Assembly: GCA_965209155.1 (NCBI GenBank)
Contig: OZ242383.1
Location: 3,200,001 to 3,264,000, forward strand
Direction: 5' to 3'
Length of the DNA stretch: 64,000 bases
From: a bacterium
GTDB taxonomy: Bacteria; SAR324; NAC60-12
In this document: piece by piece, positions 39,893 to 50,668 of the stretch
Layout: every line of letters begins with the position of its first letter
How positions within the stretch are numbered: the stretch's first letter is position 1
Translations under genes and position numbers: made by a program
Notes under the pieces: generated by a model
The model's input: the letters and a program-made list of their open reading frames with translations, nothing else
Databases searched by the model: none
Told to the model about the DNA's origin: nothing

Positions 39893-41062
39893 ATGATTCA
39901 AGCGCAATTCAAGATCCTTGTCGTAGACGATGAACCCGACCTCGAACACCTCGTGCGGCAACGAATGCGCAGGGACGTTCGCGACGGTCTCTTTTCATTT
40001 TCCTTTGCTCAAAACGGCGTGCAAGCTCTCGAGATCCTGAACCAGGAGCAGAATATCGACATGGTGCTCACAGATATCAATATGCCACAGATGGACGGTC
40101 TTACCTTGCTTGAGCAAATCCCCAAAGTCGATCCCAACATCCGTTCGGTGATTGTCTCGGCATATGGAGACATGAAAAACATCCGAACTGCCATGAACCG
40201 GGGAGCATTTGATTTCATCACCAAACCCATCGATTTTCAAGATTTGCGGGTCACTATCAACCGGACTCTTCACCACCTGACTTTGTGGCGTGAGGCTCTG
40301 ACTTCAAGAGACAAATTGGTCGCCTTGCAGAACGAACTTCATGTCGCCAGCAAGATGCAGCAATCGATCCTCCCAACAAGCTTTCCTGAACAAAGCAGCT
40401 TTCAGGTTTTCGGAAATATGGAGCCGGCGCGTGAAGTGGGTGGTGACTTCTTCGATGTGATTTACTTGGATCAGGGTCGTATTGGTTTGGCAATTGCCGA
40501 CGTCTCCGATAAGGGGGTCCCGGCCGCATTGTTTATGATGTCAAGCCGTACCCTTTTGAAAGGCGCCGCCATCGGCAGACTGGGACCCGGTAAGGTTCTT
40601 GGGGAAGTCAATCAGTTGTTGGAGGCGGACAACAATGTGACGATGTTCGTCACTATGTTTTATGCCGTGTTCGACCCTTCTAGCGGCGAACTCGTTTATG
40701 CCAACGGTGGGCACAATTCCCCGCTCATCATCCACGCGGACGGAAGTTCGACCGTACTTCCCCTGACAGGCGGAATCGCCTTGGGATTAATGTCAGACAT
40801 TTCTTACGAACAAAACGTGATCACCTTGTCACCCGGCGATGTCCTCTTGCTATACACAGACGGTGTCACTGAAGCCATGAATGAACGAGGTGAGGAATTT
40901 GGAATGGAACGCCTTCGCGGGATTTTCACGGATGCGAATTCGAATAATTCCCGTGAAGTGAATCAGGCAATCTTCGAAGCCGTACACGCTTTCACAGGAG
41001 CAATACCCCAATCTGATGACATCACCTGTCTCACCCTCCTGCGTAGCAAGAACAAAACATGA
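39893..41062 (+). CDS. Response-regulator receiver fused to SpoIIE/PP2C phosphatase
   Basis: VVDDE and TDINMP.MDG; VGGDFFD, IADVSDKG, YTDGVTEA and DDIT motifs. Confidence 0.92.
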   Translation: MIQAQFKILVVDDEPDLEHLVRQRMRRDVRDGLFSFSFAQNGVQALEILNQEQNIDMVLTDINMPQMDGLTLLEQIPKVDPNIRSVIVSAYGDMKNIRTAMNRGAFDFITKPIDFQDLRVTINRTLHHLTLWREALTSRDKLVALQNELHVASKMQQSILPTSFPEQSSFQVFGNMEPAREVGGDFFDVIYLDQGRIGLAIADVSDKGVPAALFMMSSRTLLKGAAIGRLGPGKVLGEVNQLLEADNNVTMFVTMFYAVFDPSSGELVYANGGHNSPLIIHADGSSTVLPLTGGIALGLMSDISYEQNVITLSPGDVLLLYTDGVTEAMNERGEEFGMERLRGIFTDANSNNSREVNQAIFEAVHAFTGAIPQSDDITCLTLLRSKNKT

Positions 41063-41481
41063 GCATGGAACAGTCACTTTGCGTTGAAGCGAATTTAGAG
41101 GGATTGAAGCAAATTTTTAATACGGTTGAAGAGTTCGGACAGGTTGCAAACTGGACACCCGACCTGATATACCAAGTCAACCTCGTCCTCGAGGAATTGA
41201 CAGTAAACATCGTAAACTACGGATGCGAGAGCGATCGTAGCCATGAAATCAAAGTCACGCTGGCCTGGGATTCAGACATCCTTACCGTGGAAATTATGGA
41301 CGACGGACGGGCATTCAATCCCCTGCGCGATGCTCCCAAGCCCGACTTGGAGTCGGAGATTGAAGATCGCCCGATAGGAGGTCTTGGTATCCACCTGGTC
41401 CGATCCATCATGGACGAACTGCACTATCGGCGCAAGCAGGACAAAAACCACCTTACCCTGATTAAACGGAGAAATGGATGA
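41059..41481 (+). CDS. Anti-sigma factor Ser kinase (RsbW-like)
   Basis: EELTVNIVNYG, DDGRAFNP and GGLGIHLV motifs. Confidence 0.9.
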   Translation: MSMEQSLCVEANLEGLKQIFNTVEEFGQVANWTPDLIYQVNLVLEELTVNIVNYGCESDRSHEIKVTLAWDSDILTVEIMDDGRAFNPLRDAPKPDLESEIEDRPIGGLGIHLVRSIMDELHYRRKQDKNHLTLIKRRNG

Positions 41482-42641
41482 GATGGCTGCTCATACTGTC
41501 AATTGTGTTTTGTTTGGCTACAGAAATTCATGCGGAAGAGACTGGAATCTCAGATGAACGCATCCTGTTCGGTCAATCCGCTGCTTTCAGTGGGCCTGCT
41601 GGAGAACTGGGCAAGAACATGCGACATGGCATACAGGCGGCTTTTCGGGAAGTGAATGAACGGGGTGGAGTCCACGGACGACGACTGGAACTGGTATCTC
41701 TGGACGATGCCTATGAACCGGAGGCCGCGATCGCGAATACCCGCCAGCTGATCGAGGAAAAAGGCGTATTCGCACTGATTGGCGCGGTTGGCACACCCAC
41801 ATCCCGTTCGGCCACTCCGGTGGCTGCGGCCGCAAACGTGCCCTATATTGCTCCCTTCACCGGAGCGGCATTCCTGCGTGAGGCAAGATGGAAAAACGTG
41901 ATCAATCTGCGGGCTTCATACGACCAGGAAACCGAGACCATGGTCGATCGCTTGACCACGGACCTGGGACTCGAGCGCATCGCCGTGGTGTACCAGGACG
42001 ACTCTTTCGGCTTAGTCGGATATCTGGGTGTACGGAAGGCTCTTGAGCGACGAAGCATGGAACCTGTGGCAATTGGGGTGTATCCACGTAATACCACGGC
42101 TGTGAAAACAGCTCTTCTTGACCTGCGCAACGCAGACCCCGGCGCAGTGATCCTGATCGGAGCTTACCAACCGGTAGCAACACTGATTGCCTGGGCGCGA
42201 CATACGGGGTGGGATCCTTTCTTCATGACTATCTCTTTTGTCGGTAGCAACGCGTTGGCCCAGATGCTCGGTCACGCAGGAATCGGAGTCTTTGTCACCC
42301 AAGTAGTTCCTTTTCCGAGAGACGACAATCTACGGATCGCCGCAGTCTATCGCCAGGCTCTGAGAGCATATGATTCCGCGTTGGCGCCCGGATTCGTCTC
42401 TTTCGAAGGTTACCTGGCAGGTCGATTGGCGATCGCAGCCCTGGAACTCTGTGGTCCGGATATCGAGCGTGCTTGCTTGCTCGACAATTTACAGCGTACA
42501 GAAAACATCGACCTCGATGGATTCAGGCTTCATTATGGAGACAACGACAACCAGGGATCAGATGCGGTTTTCCTCACTGTGATCGGCAAGGATGGTCGAT
42601 ATCGCTCGATTGACGCACTACAGGACGAAATACAACCATGA
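41478..42641 (+). CDS. Type I periplasmic binding protein (Liv-like)
   Basis: Signal peptide; GGVHGR, DDAYEP and GAVGTP motifs. Confidence 0.85.
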   Translation: MRWLLILSIVFCLATEIHAEETGISDERILFGQSAAFSGPAGELGKNMRHGIQAAFREVNERGGVHGRRLELVSLDDAYEPEAAIANTRQLIEEKGVFALIGAVGTPTSRSATPVAAAANVPYIAPFTGAAFLREARWKNVINLRASYDQETETMVDRLTTDLGLERIAVVYQDDSFGLVGYLGVRKALERRSMEPVAIGVYPRNTTAVKTALLDLRNADPGAVILIGAYQPVATLIAWARHTGWDPFFMTISFVGSNALAQMLGHAGIGVFVTQVVPFPRDDNLRIAAVYRQALRAYDSALAPGFVSFEGYLAGRLAIAALELCGPDIERACLLDNLQRTENIDLDGFRLHYGDNDNQGSDAVFLTVIGKDGRYRSIDALQDEIQP

Positions 42642-44821
42642 GCCGATTGCTGAAACGTCTACTCGAGGGTCGCTTCCGGATCGCGGCACAGCTATATGTG
42701 GGGATTGGTGGAGCCGTCATCCTTACCATTAGCGCGAGCCTGATTGGTTGGTTTTCCTTCAACCGGGTAGGTGACGCCCAGCACCTCGTGAACGAGGGCA
42801 GCGTACCTGAAATGGCGGCTGCATTCGGAGTCGCCCAGCAGAGCAGCGCCTTGGTGGCTGCCGCTCCTCGCTTGACTGCTGCGGCGACTCCGGAGGAATT
42901 TGAGGGTGTTGCGACCGAGATCTCGCAAAAACGGAGCATTTTTGAAGCGCAGTTGGCGACCCTGGTACACCAAGGTGGAGAAACAGAGCACTACAAGCGC
43001 ATTCGTTCCCAAGGTAACAAGTTGATATCAAATATTCAGGCTATTGAGGATTCGGTAGCCGAACGATTTGTACTGACAATGAGTAGCGAATCCCTGCGCT
43101 TGGAATTGGCTGAGATGCGAAACGAATTGATTGGAATTCTTGTTCCGGCCATTGACGACCAACTATTCTATGCCATGACCGGATACCGAAATCTTGGAGA
43201 AGCTCCAGTATTGAGAGAACTGCACTTCTCGGAGGAGGAATTCGACCACTACCGCCACCTTGTCGAATTGAAAGCAGATGTTACCATCGCAATCCAACTG
43301 CTTGCCAGCGCTTTCAATACATTGGATGCTCCTTTGATTGAACCCTTGCGGGAACGCTTCGAAGCTACTGCGCGCCGGATCAAGTGGAATCTGGCAGCAT
43401 TGGGAACCGATCCTTCGTACGAGCGAATCACCTCGGCCATAACCCAGTTGTTCCTGTTGGGTCTGGGAGAGCATGGAGGATTCGACTTGCGTGCTCGAGA
43501 ACTCGAATTGGCCGGACGCCAGCAAGATTTACTCTCCCGCAATCGTAGCTTGGCTATCGATTTAGTCGCTGAAGTCGAAGGTCTGGTGGCCTCAGCCCGC
43601 GTCAGCGCTCAAGACGCTACCCGCGCTTCTAACCAAGCCATCCTTACCGGACGCAGTTTGCTTCTCGTACTCAACGTGATCAGTATTATCGGAGCAGTGC
43701 TGATCGCCTACCTGTTCGTGGGCCGGGTGCTGCTGAGGCGTCTCGAACGACTCTCGAACAGCATGCGCCGTATGGCGGATGGCAACTTGGAGACCAAGAT
43801 CGATATCGGTGGACGGGACGAGGTTGCGGATATGGCCGCAGCCTTGGAAGTCTTTCGTCGCCATGCCCTCGAAGTCCAGCGCCTGAACCTGGTAGAGAAG
43901 CTGGCTGAAGAGCTCCAGGGTAAGAATTTCGAACTGGAAAAGGTATTGGCAGACTTGCGTCAGGCGCAAGACCAAATCGTCATGCGTGAGAAGCTGGCTG
44001 CGCTTGGCGAACTGACTGCGGGAGTTGCCCATGAGATACGAAATCCCCTGAATTTCGTAAAAAATTTCTCCGAAGTCTCGGGAGAATTGCTGGAAGAACT
44101 GCAGGAGACCCTCCCTGAAAGCAAGGAACAACTCAGCGAGGAGCAGCGAGAATTGATTGAAGAGATTTGTCAGGACCTCACTTCGAACTTTAAGCGCATC
44201 TGTGAACACGGTGACCGCGCCAATGCGATTGTGCAAAACATGCTCATGATGGGAAGAGGCTCCGGAGAATTGCAGCTTACCGACATCAACAGCCTGCTCG
44301 ATCAAAATACCAAACTCGCCTACCACAGTGCCCGTGCGACTGACCCGGACTTCAACCTGACCATCGAGATGGATTTGGATCCGGAAATTGGTAAGATTGA
44401 GGTCGTTCCGCAGGAAATGGGCCGTGTCTTCCTCAACATGGTAAGCAATGCCTGTTATGCCACTGACGAGAAAAGGCGTTCAGCCCAAACAGGAGTTGCG
44501 GATGTCGTGCGTTATTATCCGACACTTTCCTTGAAAACTCGTCGTTTGGAAAACCAAGTCGAAATTCACATACGAGACAATGGGAGCGGGATTCCTTCCG
44601 ATATTATCGAAAAAGTCTTCAACCCGTTCTTTACTACCAAGCCGACGGATCAAGGGACTGGGCTCGGGCTCGCGTTGTCCAACGACATAGTACGTGAACA
44701 CGGCGGTTCCATCCAGGTCCACTCCGAGACCGGCGAGTTTACCGAAATGGTTATTGAACTCCCCCGGGCAATGCCTTCGACCAAAGAGAAAGGAGAGACG
44801 GATTTTTCCGAATCTCCATAA
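42638..44821 (+). CDS. Membrane sensor histidine kinase (TorS-like sensor domain, HAMP, HisKA, HATPase)
   Basis: Two transmembrane segments; AGVAHEIRNPLN, DNGSGI, PFFTTK and GTGLGL motifs. Confidence 0.9.
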   Translation: MSRLLKRLLEGRFRIAAQLYVGIGGAVILTISASLIGWFSFNRVGDAQHLVNEGSVPEMAAAFGVAQQSSALVAAAPRLTAAATPEEFEGVATEISQKRSIFEAQLATLVHQGGETEHYKRIRSQGNKLISNIQAIEDSVAERFVLTMSSESLRLELAEMRNELIGILVPAIDDQLFYAMTGYRNLGEAPVLRELHFSEEEFDHYRHLVELKADVTIAIQLLASAFNTLDAPLIEPLRERFEATARRIKWNLAALGTDPSYERITSAITQLFLLGLGEHGGFDLRARELELAGRQQDLLSRNRSLAIDLVAEVEGLVASARVSAQDATRASNQAILTGRSLLLVLNVISIIGAVLIAYLFVGRVLLRRLERLSNSMRRMADGNLETKIDIGGRDEVADMAAALEVFRRHALEVQRLNLVEKLAEELQGKNFELEKVLADLRQAQDQIVMREKLAALGELTAGVAHEIRNPLNFVKNFSEVSGELLEELQETLPESKEQLSEEQRELIEEICQDLTSNFKRICEHGDRANAIVQNMLMMGRGSGELQLTDINSLLDQNTKLAYHSARATDPDFNLTIEMDLDPEIGKIEVVPQEMGRVFLNMVSNACYATDEKRRSAQTGVADVVRYYPTLSLKTRRLENQVEIHIRDNGSGIPSDIIEKVFNPFFTTKPTDQGTGLGLALSNDIVREHGGSIQVHSETGEFTEMVIELPRAMPSTKEKGETDFSESP

Positions 44822-44855
44822 TCAAGGAACCAGCAATTTTAATATCGGTCAGATT

Positions 44856-46388
44856 ATGTCTGAAGAGATCTTTACCAGACTCGGTAAACAAAAAATTTTG
44901 AACTACGTCTGCTGCATTCTTTTGTTTTCTGGCATGGTAAGCTGTGAAGTCAGGGGACAAACCCAGAATGCCGAGGCAAGTAGCCGCTCTGCTTTGAGTT
45001 CCAACACTCCAGAAAACGAAATCTCTCAGAATGACGAGATCATATTGCAACGGTTTCAAAATGCGGCCCAACATGGTGAGGTCCCTGCTCAATACAACAT
45101 GGGTCTGATTTACTATCATGGCCGTGGTGTTGCCCAAAATTTCAATATTGCTCTCCATTGGTTTCAACAAGCCGCCGGCAAAGAACATAAAGAAGCTCAA
45201 TTTTATATAGGGTACATGCATTATTACGGTAAAGGGACTCCACAGGATTATTCCCGTGCCGTGGAGTGGTTTTTCCATGCTGCCGAACAAGAACATGCCG
45301 CGGCTCAATATTACCTCGGATTTATGTATTATTTTGGTCGCGGCGTTGCTCAGAATTTCGCCGAAGCCTTCAATTGGTTTGAAAAATCAGCCCGTCAATT
45401 CCACCCGCCAGCTCAGTATTATCTGGGTTTGATGCATGAACGAGGAAAATATGTCGAGAAGGACATAGGAAAAGCAATCTCCTGGTATCAGAAGGCAGTG
45501 GATGCAGGTGATTTGAACGCAAAGCGCCGGCTTGCGAAGCTCGAAGAACAACTGGTCATGAATCAAACCTCAAAGACACCTGCCTCTTTGAATTCCATTG
45601 GTGAAAACCCGACTAATCGGGCCATTAAAGACACCGATCCACAGGGCTCCACCGTTGGTTTGCAAAATACAACAGGACCACATCCAGGGAAACAATCGTC
45701 ACGTATGGGGAGCCCGGCCCGATCGACCCCGCTATATCGTGGGACTACCCCGGTGTTTGTTTGTGACAGCGAGAAATGGGGCACTGCTCCAAAAAAGAAA
45801 AAAAATACAAAGCTACTTAAAGGGCAATGCAACGCGCTTCGCACTCAACGCGACTATTCCCATTGCGATTTCAGGGAATCCGATTTGTCCAGCTTGAATT
45901 TGAGAGGATCTTCCTTCAAAGGGGCCGATTTGAGCAAAGCCAACTTGCAAAAAAGCAATTTGGAGCAAGTGGATTTACAACACGGGTTGCTCACAAAAGC
46001 AAGTCTGCAAGGAGCGAACCTGGTTCGGGCGAATTTAAGCGGGGCCAATTTGCAAGGAGCGAACCTGGAAGGCGTGATTGCATGTCAAATCAATCTTGAT
46101 GGAGCTAAAGCCATGGGAGCTTTTCTCTACAGAGCCGATCTGCACGGCGCCAGTATGTTTCAGACGAATTTGAGCGGCGCTTTTCTGGTGCAGGCCAATC
46201 TGAACCGCGCTTCTTTGATATCAGCATTGCTTCGACAAGCCCGACTCCGTGGAGCGCGACTGCAGAACGCTTTGTTGCATGAAACAAATTTCAATGGCGC
46301 TTTAGGCATTCCGCAGTGGCTGCTTCCCCATTTAACGCGCGATGGGGAATTGCATTCCGATTCCCCGGCTTCCATCAACGTATGGTAA
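44856..46388 (+). CDS. Sel1-repeat plus pentapeptide-repeat protein
   Basis: Four AQY.LG.MY..G.G repeats followed by ANL.G pentapeptide repeats. Confidence 0.85.
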   Translation: MSEEIFTRLGKQKILNYVCCILLFSGMVSCEVRGQTQNAEASSRSALSSNTPENEISQNDEIILQRFQNAAQHGEVPAQYNMGLIYYHGRGVAQNFNIALHWFQQAAGKEHKEAQFYIGYMHYYGKGTPQDYSRAVEWFFHAAEQEHAAAQYYLGFMYYFGRGVAQNFAEAFNWFEKSARQFHPPAQYYLGLMHERGKYVEKDIGKAISWYQKAVDAGDLNAKRRLAKLEEQLVMNQTSKTPASLNSIGENPTNRAIKDTDPQGSTVGLQNTTGPHPGKQSSRMGSPARSTPLYRGTTPVFVCDSEKWGTAPKKKKNTKLLKGQCNALRTQRDYSHCDFRESDLSSLNLRGSSFKGADLSKANLQKSNLEQVDLQHGLLTKASLQGANLVRANLSGANLQGANLEGVIACQINLDGAKAMGAFLYRADLHGASMFQTNLSGAFLVQANLNRASLISALLRQARLRGARLQNALLHETNFNGALGIPQWLLPHLTRDGELHSDSPASINVW

Positions 46389-46459
46389 ATCGGTTTAGCT
46401 CGAAAGGGATTCAAAAAGTAATCTAATACATGAACGATTAAAGAAATGGGAGACCATCG

Positions 46460-46870
46460 ATGAATGTTTTCGAATTCCGTGAAAAGCTCATTTCAGAATA
46501 TAAACGTTTCTCTAGAAGCTTCACCTAGATCCGCGCTGAAGATATCCGCCATGCCGTCGAGCAAGTATACTCAAGTGGTCGTTTCTGGCCCGCTCCAATC
46601 ATTCAATTGAATCCGAATTTCGCAACGGGTGGAACCATTGATGAGCTTGTGTCAAACGGGACCCTTGATGCAGAATGTGCGAAAATCTTCCGGATCAAAA
46701 ACTCAACCGACACTTTTGGTAAGCCCTTCGAGTTACACCGACACCAATCCGAGGCCATCGACCTGGCCCAACAAGGTGAGAGTTATGTACTGACGACAGG
46801 GACAGGGTCCGGTAAATCACTCAGCTACTTCATCCCGGTCGTCAACGACGTATTGCGTCGGAGGAGATAG
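46460..46870 (+). pseudogene. N-terminal fragment of a large DEAD/DEAH helicase
   Basis: MNVFEFREKLISEY..FSRSF, in-frame TAG at 46526, LHRHQSEAI, TTGTGSGKS, then truncated. Confidence 0.8.
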
Positions 46871-47497
46871 TGCAAATTTTTTTGTGTGAATTTATAAGCC
46901 ATTGATTGGCTTGAAGAAGGGTAAATTCTTTTGTAAATATTCGCCGTTTGTTTTTATTTTCATAATGGCCCCCGTTTATCACTTGAGTTACTGGCTATTC
47001 AGGTGTGAAAAAGTGCGTTATAATACTAGGTACCTGCCCGCGGGTTTTGTGTATTTGCTTGTGACCGGATTGACAATTTGGCTTCTTTTGTTGAAATATG
47101 AAAACTAAAGCAGGAAAGGTAAAGAATGAGTAAAGAAGAAGTAGAAAAAATGTTAAACGAAGTTCATCAAGTGATTAACGATTCCGGCTAAATTCGACCC
47201 AACAGGGAATTTGAAAGGACTAGTTTGCTTTTACTTCAACTTCACGAATTGCGACAGATTCGAAATCTGTTGAAAGATATGGCTACAAAAAAAGAATGAA
47301 TATTTGATCCGATTTAGGGTGGGGTTGGGGCGCGACTGCGCTTGAATTTTCGATTGTTGACTCGATGCCCTTCACTGATTATTCATAAGGGCCAGTTTCA
47401 ACATATCCATACTTTCAAGCACTTCCATTTTGGCCCTGCCCAAGAGCACAAAAAAGATCTGGCGGGTTACAGACTTATAAGCAATAAGGAGTAAAAC

Positions 47498-47734
47498 ATG
47501 GATGCGACAATTAGTAAAAACGATTTAGACGCCCTTGAAAAAGTGGTAAATGCAAGATTTGAAACAATGAACACGAAATTTGAAAACGTGAACACGAAAT
47601 TTGAAAACGTGTATACTCAAATTGATAATCTTGAAAAATCTATACAGACTAATAATCGCTGGATTATTACCATGGTTCTTATTTTTGTTTCAATCGCAAC
47701 GGCGTTTATCAAATACTTTCCGGGGGGTGTTTAG
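47498..47734 (+). CDS. Small coiled-coil protein with C-terminal membrane anchor
   Basis: TAAGGAG RBS; 21-bp tandem repeat encoding NTKFENV twice; hydrophobic tail. Confidence 0.6.
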   Translation: MDATISKNDLDALEKVVNARFETMNTKFENVNTKFENVYTQIDNLEKSIQTNNRWIITMVLIFVSIATAFIKYFPGGV

Positions 47735-48152
47735 GAATGAATTTTTGAGACTGTCCGCCAGACCGGATTTGTGTACCAAATGGCAATTTTGCCAAGTTCT
47801 GTCCGAACGGTACATGGTGAACCCGGTGATGTCTATACCTGGAGGTTAAAAGGTGTGAAGAAAAAAGTAGACGGGTATTGCCGCGAGGTTCCGCGATGAG
47901 TCCATTTTCTCCGAAAATGGCCGGGCGAATGAACCCCGCCCTCTTCCCGAGTAAGCCGTTGGTCCCTGAACGTCACCGGGTTTCCTTTCAATAAGGCAAC
48001 CCGTCCGTATGGAAATTTTATACGATATTTTTTTTGGTTGTAACAACCGCTGCCGTCATGGGCGGGATGTTCTAAATTGGGGCGCTGGGTTCATATCTAT
48101 CTCAATCAAAAAATAGAAGATATGAAGACTTCCGATCATTGTCACCCGGTTG

Positions 48153-48344
48153 CTATGTTATCTTGGCAATACTAGCTTTTATTTTTGTTTTGTTTTTCAT
48201 GCCGACCTCGATTCGTTTTTTGTGGTAGTTGTGGCAGGTGAGACAGAGAGGCTGCCAATTGTTTTTTTCCCAGAAAAGATTGCTGTCATTTTTGTGCGGG
48301 ATTTTATAATCGACGATGGTAGCCTTTATTGCACTTCCCAACAC
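48153..48344 (-). pseudogene. Phage-type HNH endonuclease fragment
   Basis: ATIVDY.IPH....LFW..NNWQPLC..CHN; first His replaced by Tyr; N-terminus missing. Confidence 0.7.
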
Positions 48345-48378
48345 TGAAGAGGGAGACTATCCGACTTCAGGTTGAATA

Positions 48379-49599
48379 TTAAATTAGTTGAGACTGGACG
48401 GGTTTGTTTCTTTCCAACCGCTGGAACAATTTGGCCAGTTGTTCCAGACTTTCCAAATTGTGAACTGGCAGAAAATCATCAATATAGGGAAGCGCCGCTT
48501 TCATACCGCGGGTGAGGGGTTCGTAGTTGGCAGACCCCAGGAGAGGATTGAGCCATATCAATCGATGAGATGTGAGTTGCAAACGACTCAGTTCATGCCC
48601 GAGTACCAGAGGATCGCCTCGATCCCAGCCATCACTGATAACCAGCACTACCGCGCCTTGTCCCAACACGCGACGCCCCCATCGAAAATTGAAAGTTTTT
48701 AACACTTCACCAATCCGTGTCCCCCCTGCCCAGTCATGAATTGAAGCAGTGGCATGTTCCAAGGCTTCATCGATATCTCGACCCCGAAGTTGATGGGTAA
48801 TCCGTGTCAGTCGAGTACTGAAAACAAACGCCTCCACGTGCTCCGGACCATTGCTGAGCGCATAAATGAACTTGAGAAGAACCCGGGAGTAACGCTCCAT
48901 GGAACCACTGATGTCACAGATCGCCACAAGGGGTCGGCACTTCAATTTACGATCGCGCCACATCAAGCGAAGTGTTTCTCCCCCATAACGAAGGTTTTGT
49001 CGGAAGCCACGACGCAAGTCCAGGTAAATCTTGCGTGTTGCTCGAGTTTTTCGTCGTGTGCGTCGAAGCTCCAGGTTCCAGTTCATAGATTGAATCAACT
49101 GTTTGATTTCCTGAAGTTCTGCTGGAGTGAGTTCTGCAAAATCTTTTTTACGCAACACTTCTCTTGTACTGTAAGTTTGTATAGTGTCAAAAAAGGGTTC
49201 GCTGGATTCACGTTCAGGGCTTTTTCGCTCTTCATCGTTCAGCGGAGCAAACTCAACTATTTGATGCTGTTCAGGCGTTTGCAGTGATAGCTTCCCCAGG
49301 TCCGGATCAATCAGTCTTTCCTCGTCGCGGGCTTGCCAGAACAAGTCGAATGCAAGGTCAAAGAGAGGCAAATGGACGTGTTTGTTTATGAGGAGAGCAC
49401 GGGCGCTGTTTTTAAAATCCTCTCGGGAGTGCAGCTTGACATACTTCAATGCTTCTACCATATCCAAGATCTGCGTGAGAGTGACAGCTACACCCAAGCC
49501 ACGCAACAAGCGTCCAAATAAGAGGAGGTTTCGGAGAAAATATCCCTGTTCGATTTTCCCATGTCTTTCTGAGTCGATTGTTCGAGAACCTTCATTCAT
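48379..49599 (-). CDS. coxE: VWA-domain CoxE-like protein
   Basis: DISGSM, FSTRLT, GGTRIG, SDGWDRG and WLNPL motifs. Confidence 0.9.
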   Translation of the reverse strand: MNEGSRTIDSERHGKIEQGYFLRNLLLFGRLLRGLGVAVTLTQILDMVEALKYVKLHSREDFKNSARALLINKHVHLPLFDLAFDLFWQARDEERLIDPDLGKLSLQTPEQHQIVEFAPLNDEERKSPERESSEPFFDTIQTYSTREVLRKKDFAELTPAELQEIKQLIQSMNWNLELRRTRRKTRATRKIYLDLRRGFRQNLRYGGETLRLMWRDRKLKCRPLVAICDISGSMERYSRVLLKFIYALSNGPEHVEAFVFSTRLTRITHQLRGRDIDEALEHATASIHDWAGGTRIGEVLKTFNFRWGRRVLGQGAVVLVISDGWDRGDPLVLGHELSRLQLTSHRLIWLNPLLGSANYEPLTRGMKAALPYIDDFLPVHNLESLEQLAKLFQRLERNKPVQSQLI

Positions 49600-50513
49600 G
49601 GTTTCTTTGCACTACAATCGCCCCCTCCCATGATCTCTTGGACAAGGGATCCTTGGGTTTGTAGGATGTCGTCCTGATATTTGAGCAATACTCCCAATGT
49701 ATCGTTGACCACCTCTTCGCTGAGATCTTTCCGATCCAATGCCACCAGCGCAGTGATCCAATCCAGCGTTTCCGCTATTCCAGGCAGTTTATACAGTTCC
49801 ACTTGTCTCAATTTCTGAACAAAGACCACAACTTCTTTCGCCAGTCGTTGTGGAACGTCCGGAACTTTAGCCAGGACGATGTCGTATTCTTTTTCAAAGG
49901 AAGGATAGCCGATCCAATGGTACAGACAACGTCGTTTCAGGGCGTCATGAATTTCACGTGTCCGATTGGAAGTGATGACCACCACTGGAGGTTTTTCGGC
50001 CTTGAGTGTACCGATTTCTGGAATCGTGACCTGGTAATCCGACAAGATTTCCAAAAGAAATGCTTCAAATTCTTCATCAGCGCGATCCAATTCATCTATC
50101 AGTAAAACCGGTTCCAGGCCATTGACAGGTTCGATGGCTTGCAGAAGTGGACGCTTGAGCAAAAAATCAGGTCCAAAAATTTTATCGAGCGCTTGTTCCT
50201 GGCTGCTCCCTCCTGTTGCCTCCAAGAGTCGGATTTCAAGCATTTGGCGCGTATAATTCCACTCGTAAACGGCCGTGTTGACATCCAACCCTTCATAACA
50301 TTGTAATCGAATCAATACGCGTCCGAGCATTGTTGCAAGGACTTTGGCAATTTCCGTTTTTCCAACACCGGCTTCTCCTTCCAGAAAAATGGGCTTCCCC
50401 AGCTTCAAAGCCAGATAAATGGATGTCGTCAGACTGCGATCTGACACGTAGTTTTGTCCTTGCAACAATCGTTGCACCTGATCGATGGACTCGAAGTGAT
50501 GCTCAAGGGTCAA
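49596..50513 (-). CDS. coxD: MoxR-family AAA+ ATPase, CoxD-like
   Basis: EGEAGVGKTE, RLQCYEG and DALKRRC motifs. Confidence 0.9.
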   Translation of the reverse strand: MTLEHHFESIDQVQRLLQGQNYVSDRSLTTSIYLALKLGKPIFLEGEAGVGKTEIAKVLATMLGRVLIRLQCYEGLDVNTAVYEWNYTRQMLEIRLLEATGGSSQEQALDKIFGPDFLLKRPLLQAIEPVNGLEPVLLIDELDRADEEFEAFLLEILSDYQVTIPEIGTLKAEKPPVVVITSNRTREIHDALKRRCLYHWIGYPSFEKEYDIVLAKVPDVPQRLAKEVVVFVQKLRQVELYKLPGIAETLDWITALVALDRKDLSEEVVNDTLGVLLKYQDDILQTQGSLVQEIMGGGDCSAKKP

Positions 50514-50668
50514 AGGATTCCTCCACGGTATTGATTATTGATCGATTGAGAACCCTGCCACAATATTGTTGAATCAATCCCTCGGGAACCCTTTGCCTTC
50601 CGCCACGCTTCCAGCCAGATCAGAATGTCACGCATCAGAACAGGTGCGCATAAAATCATAATTGTGAA

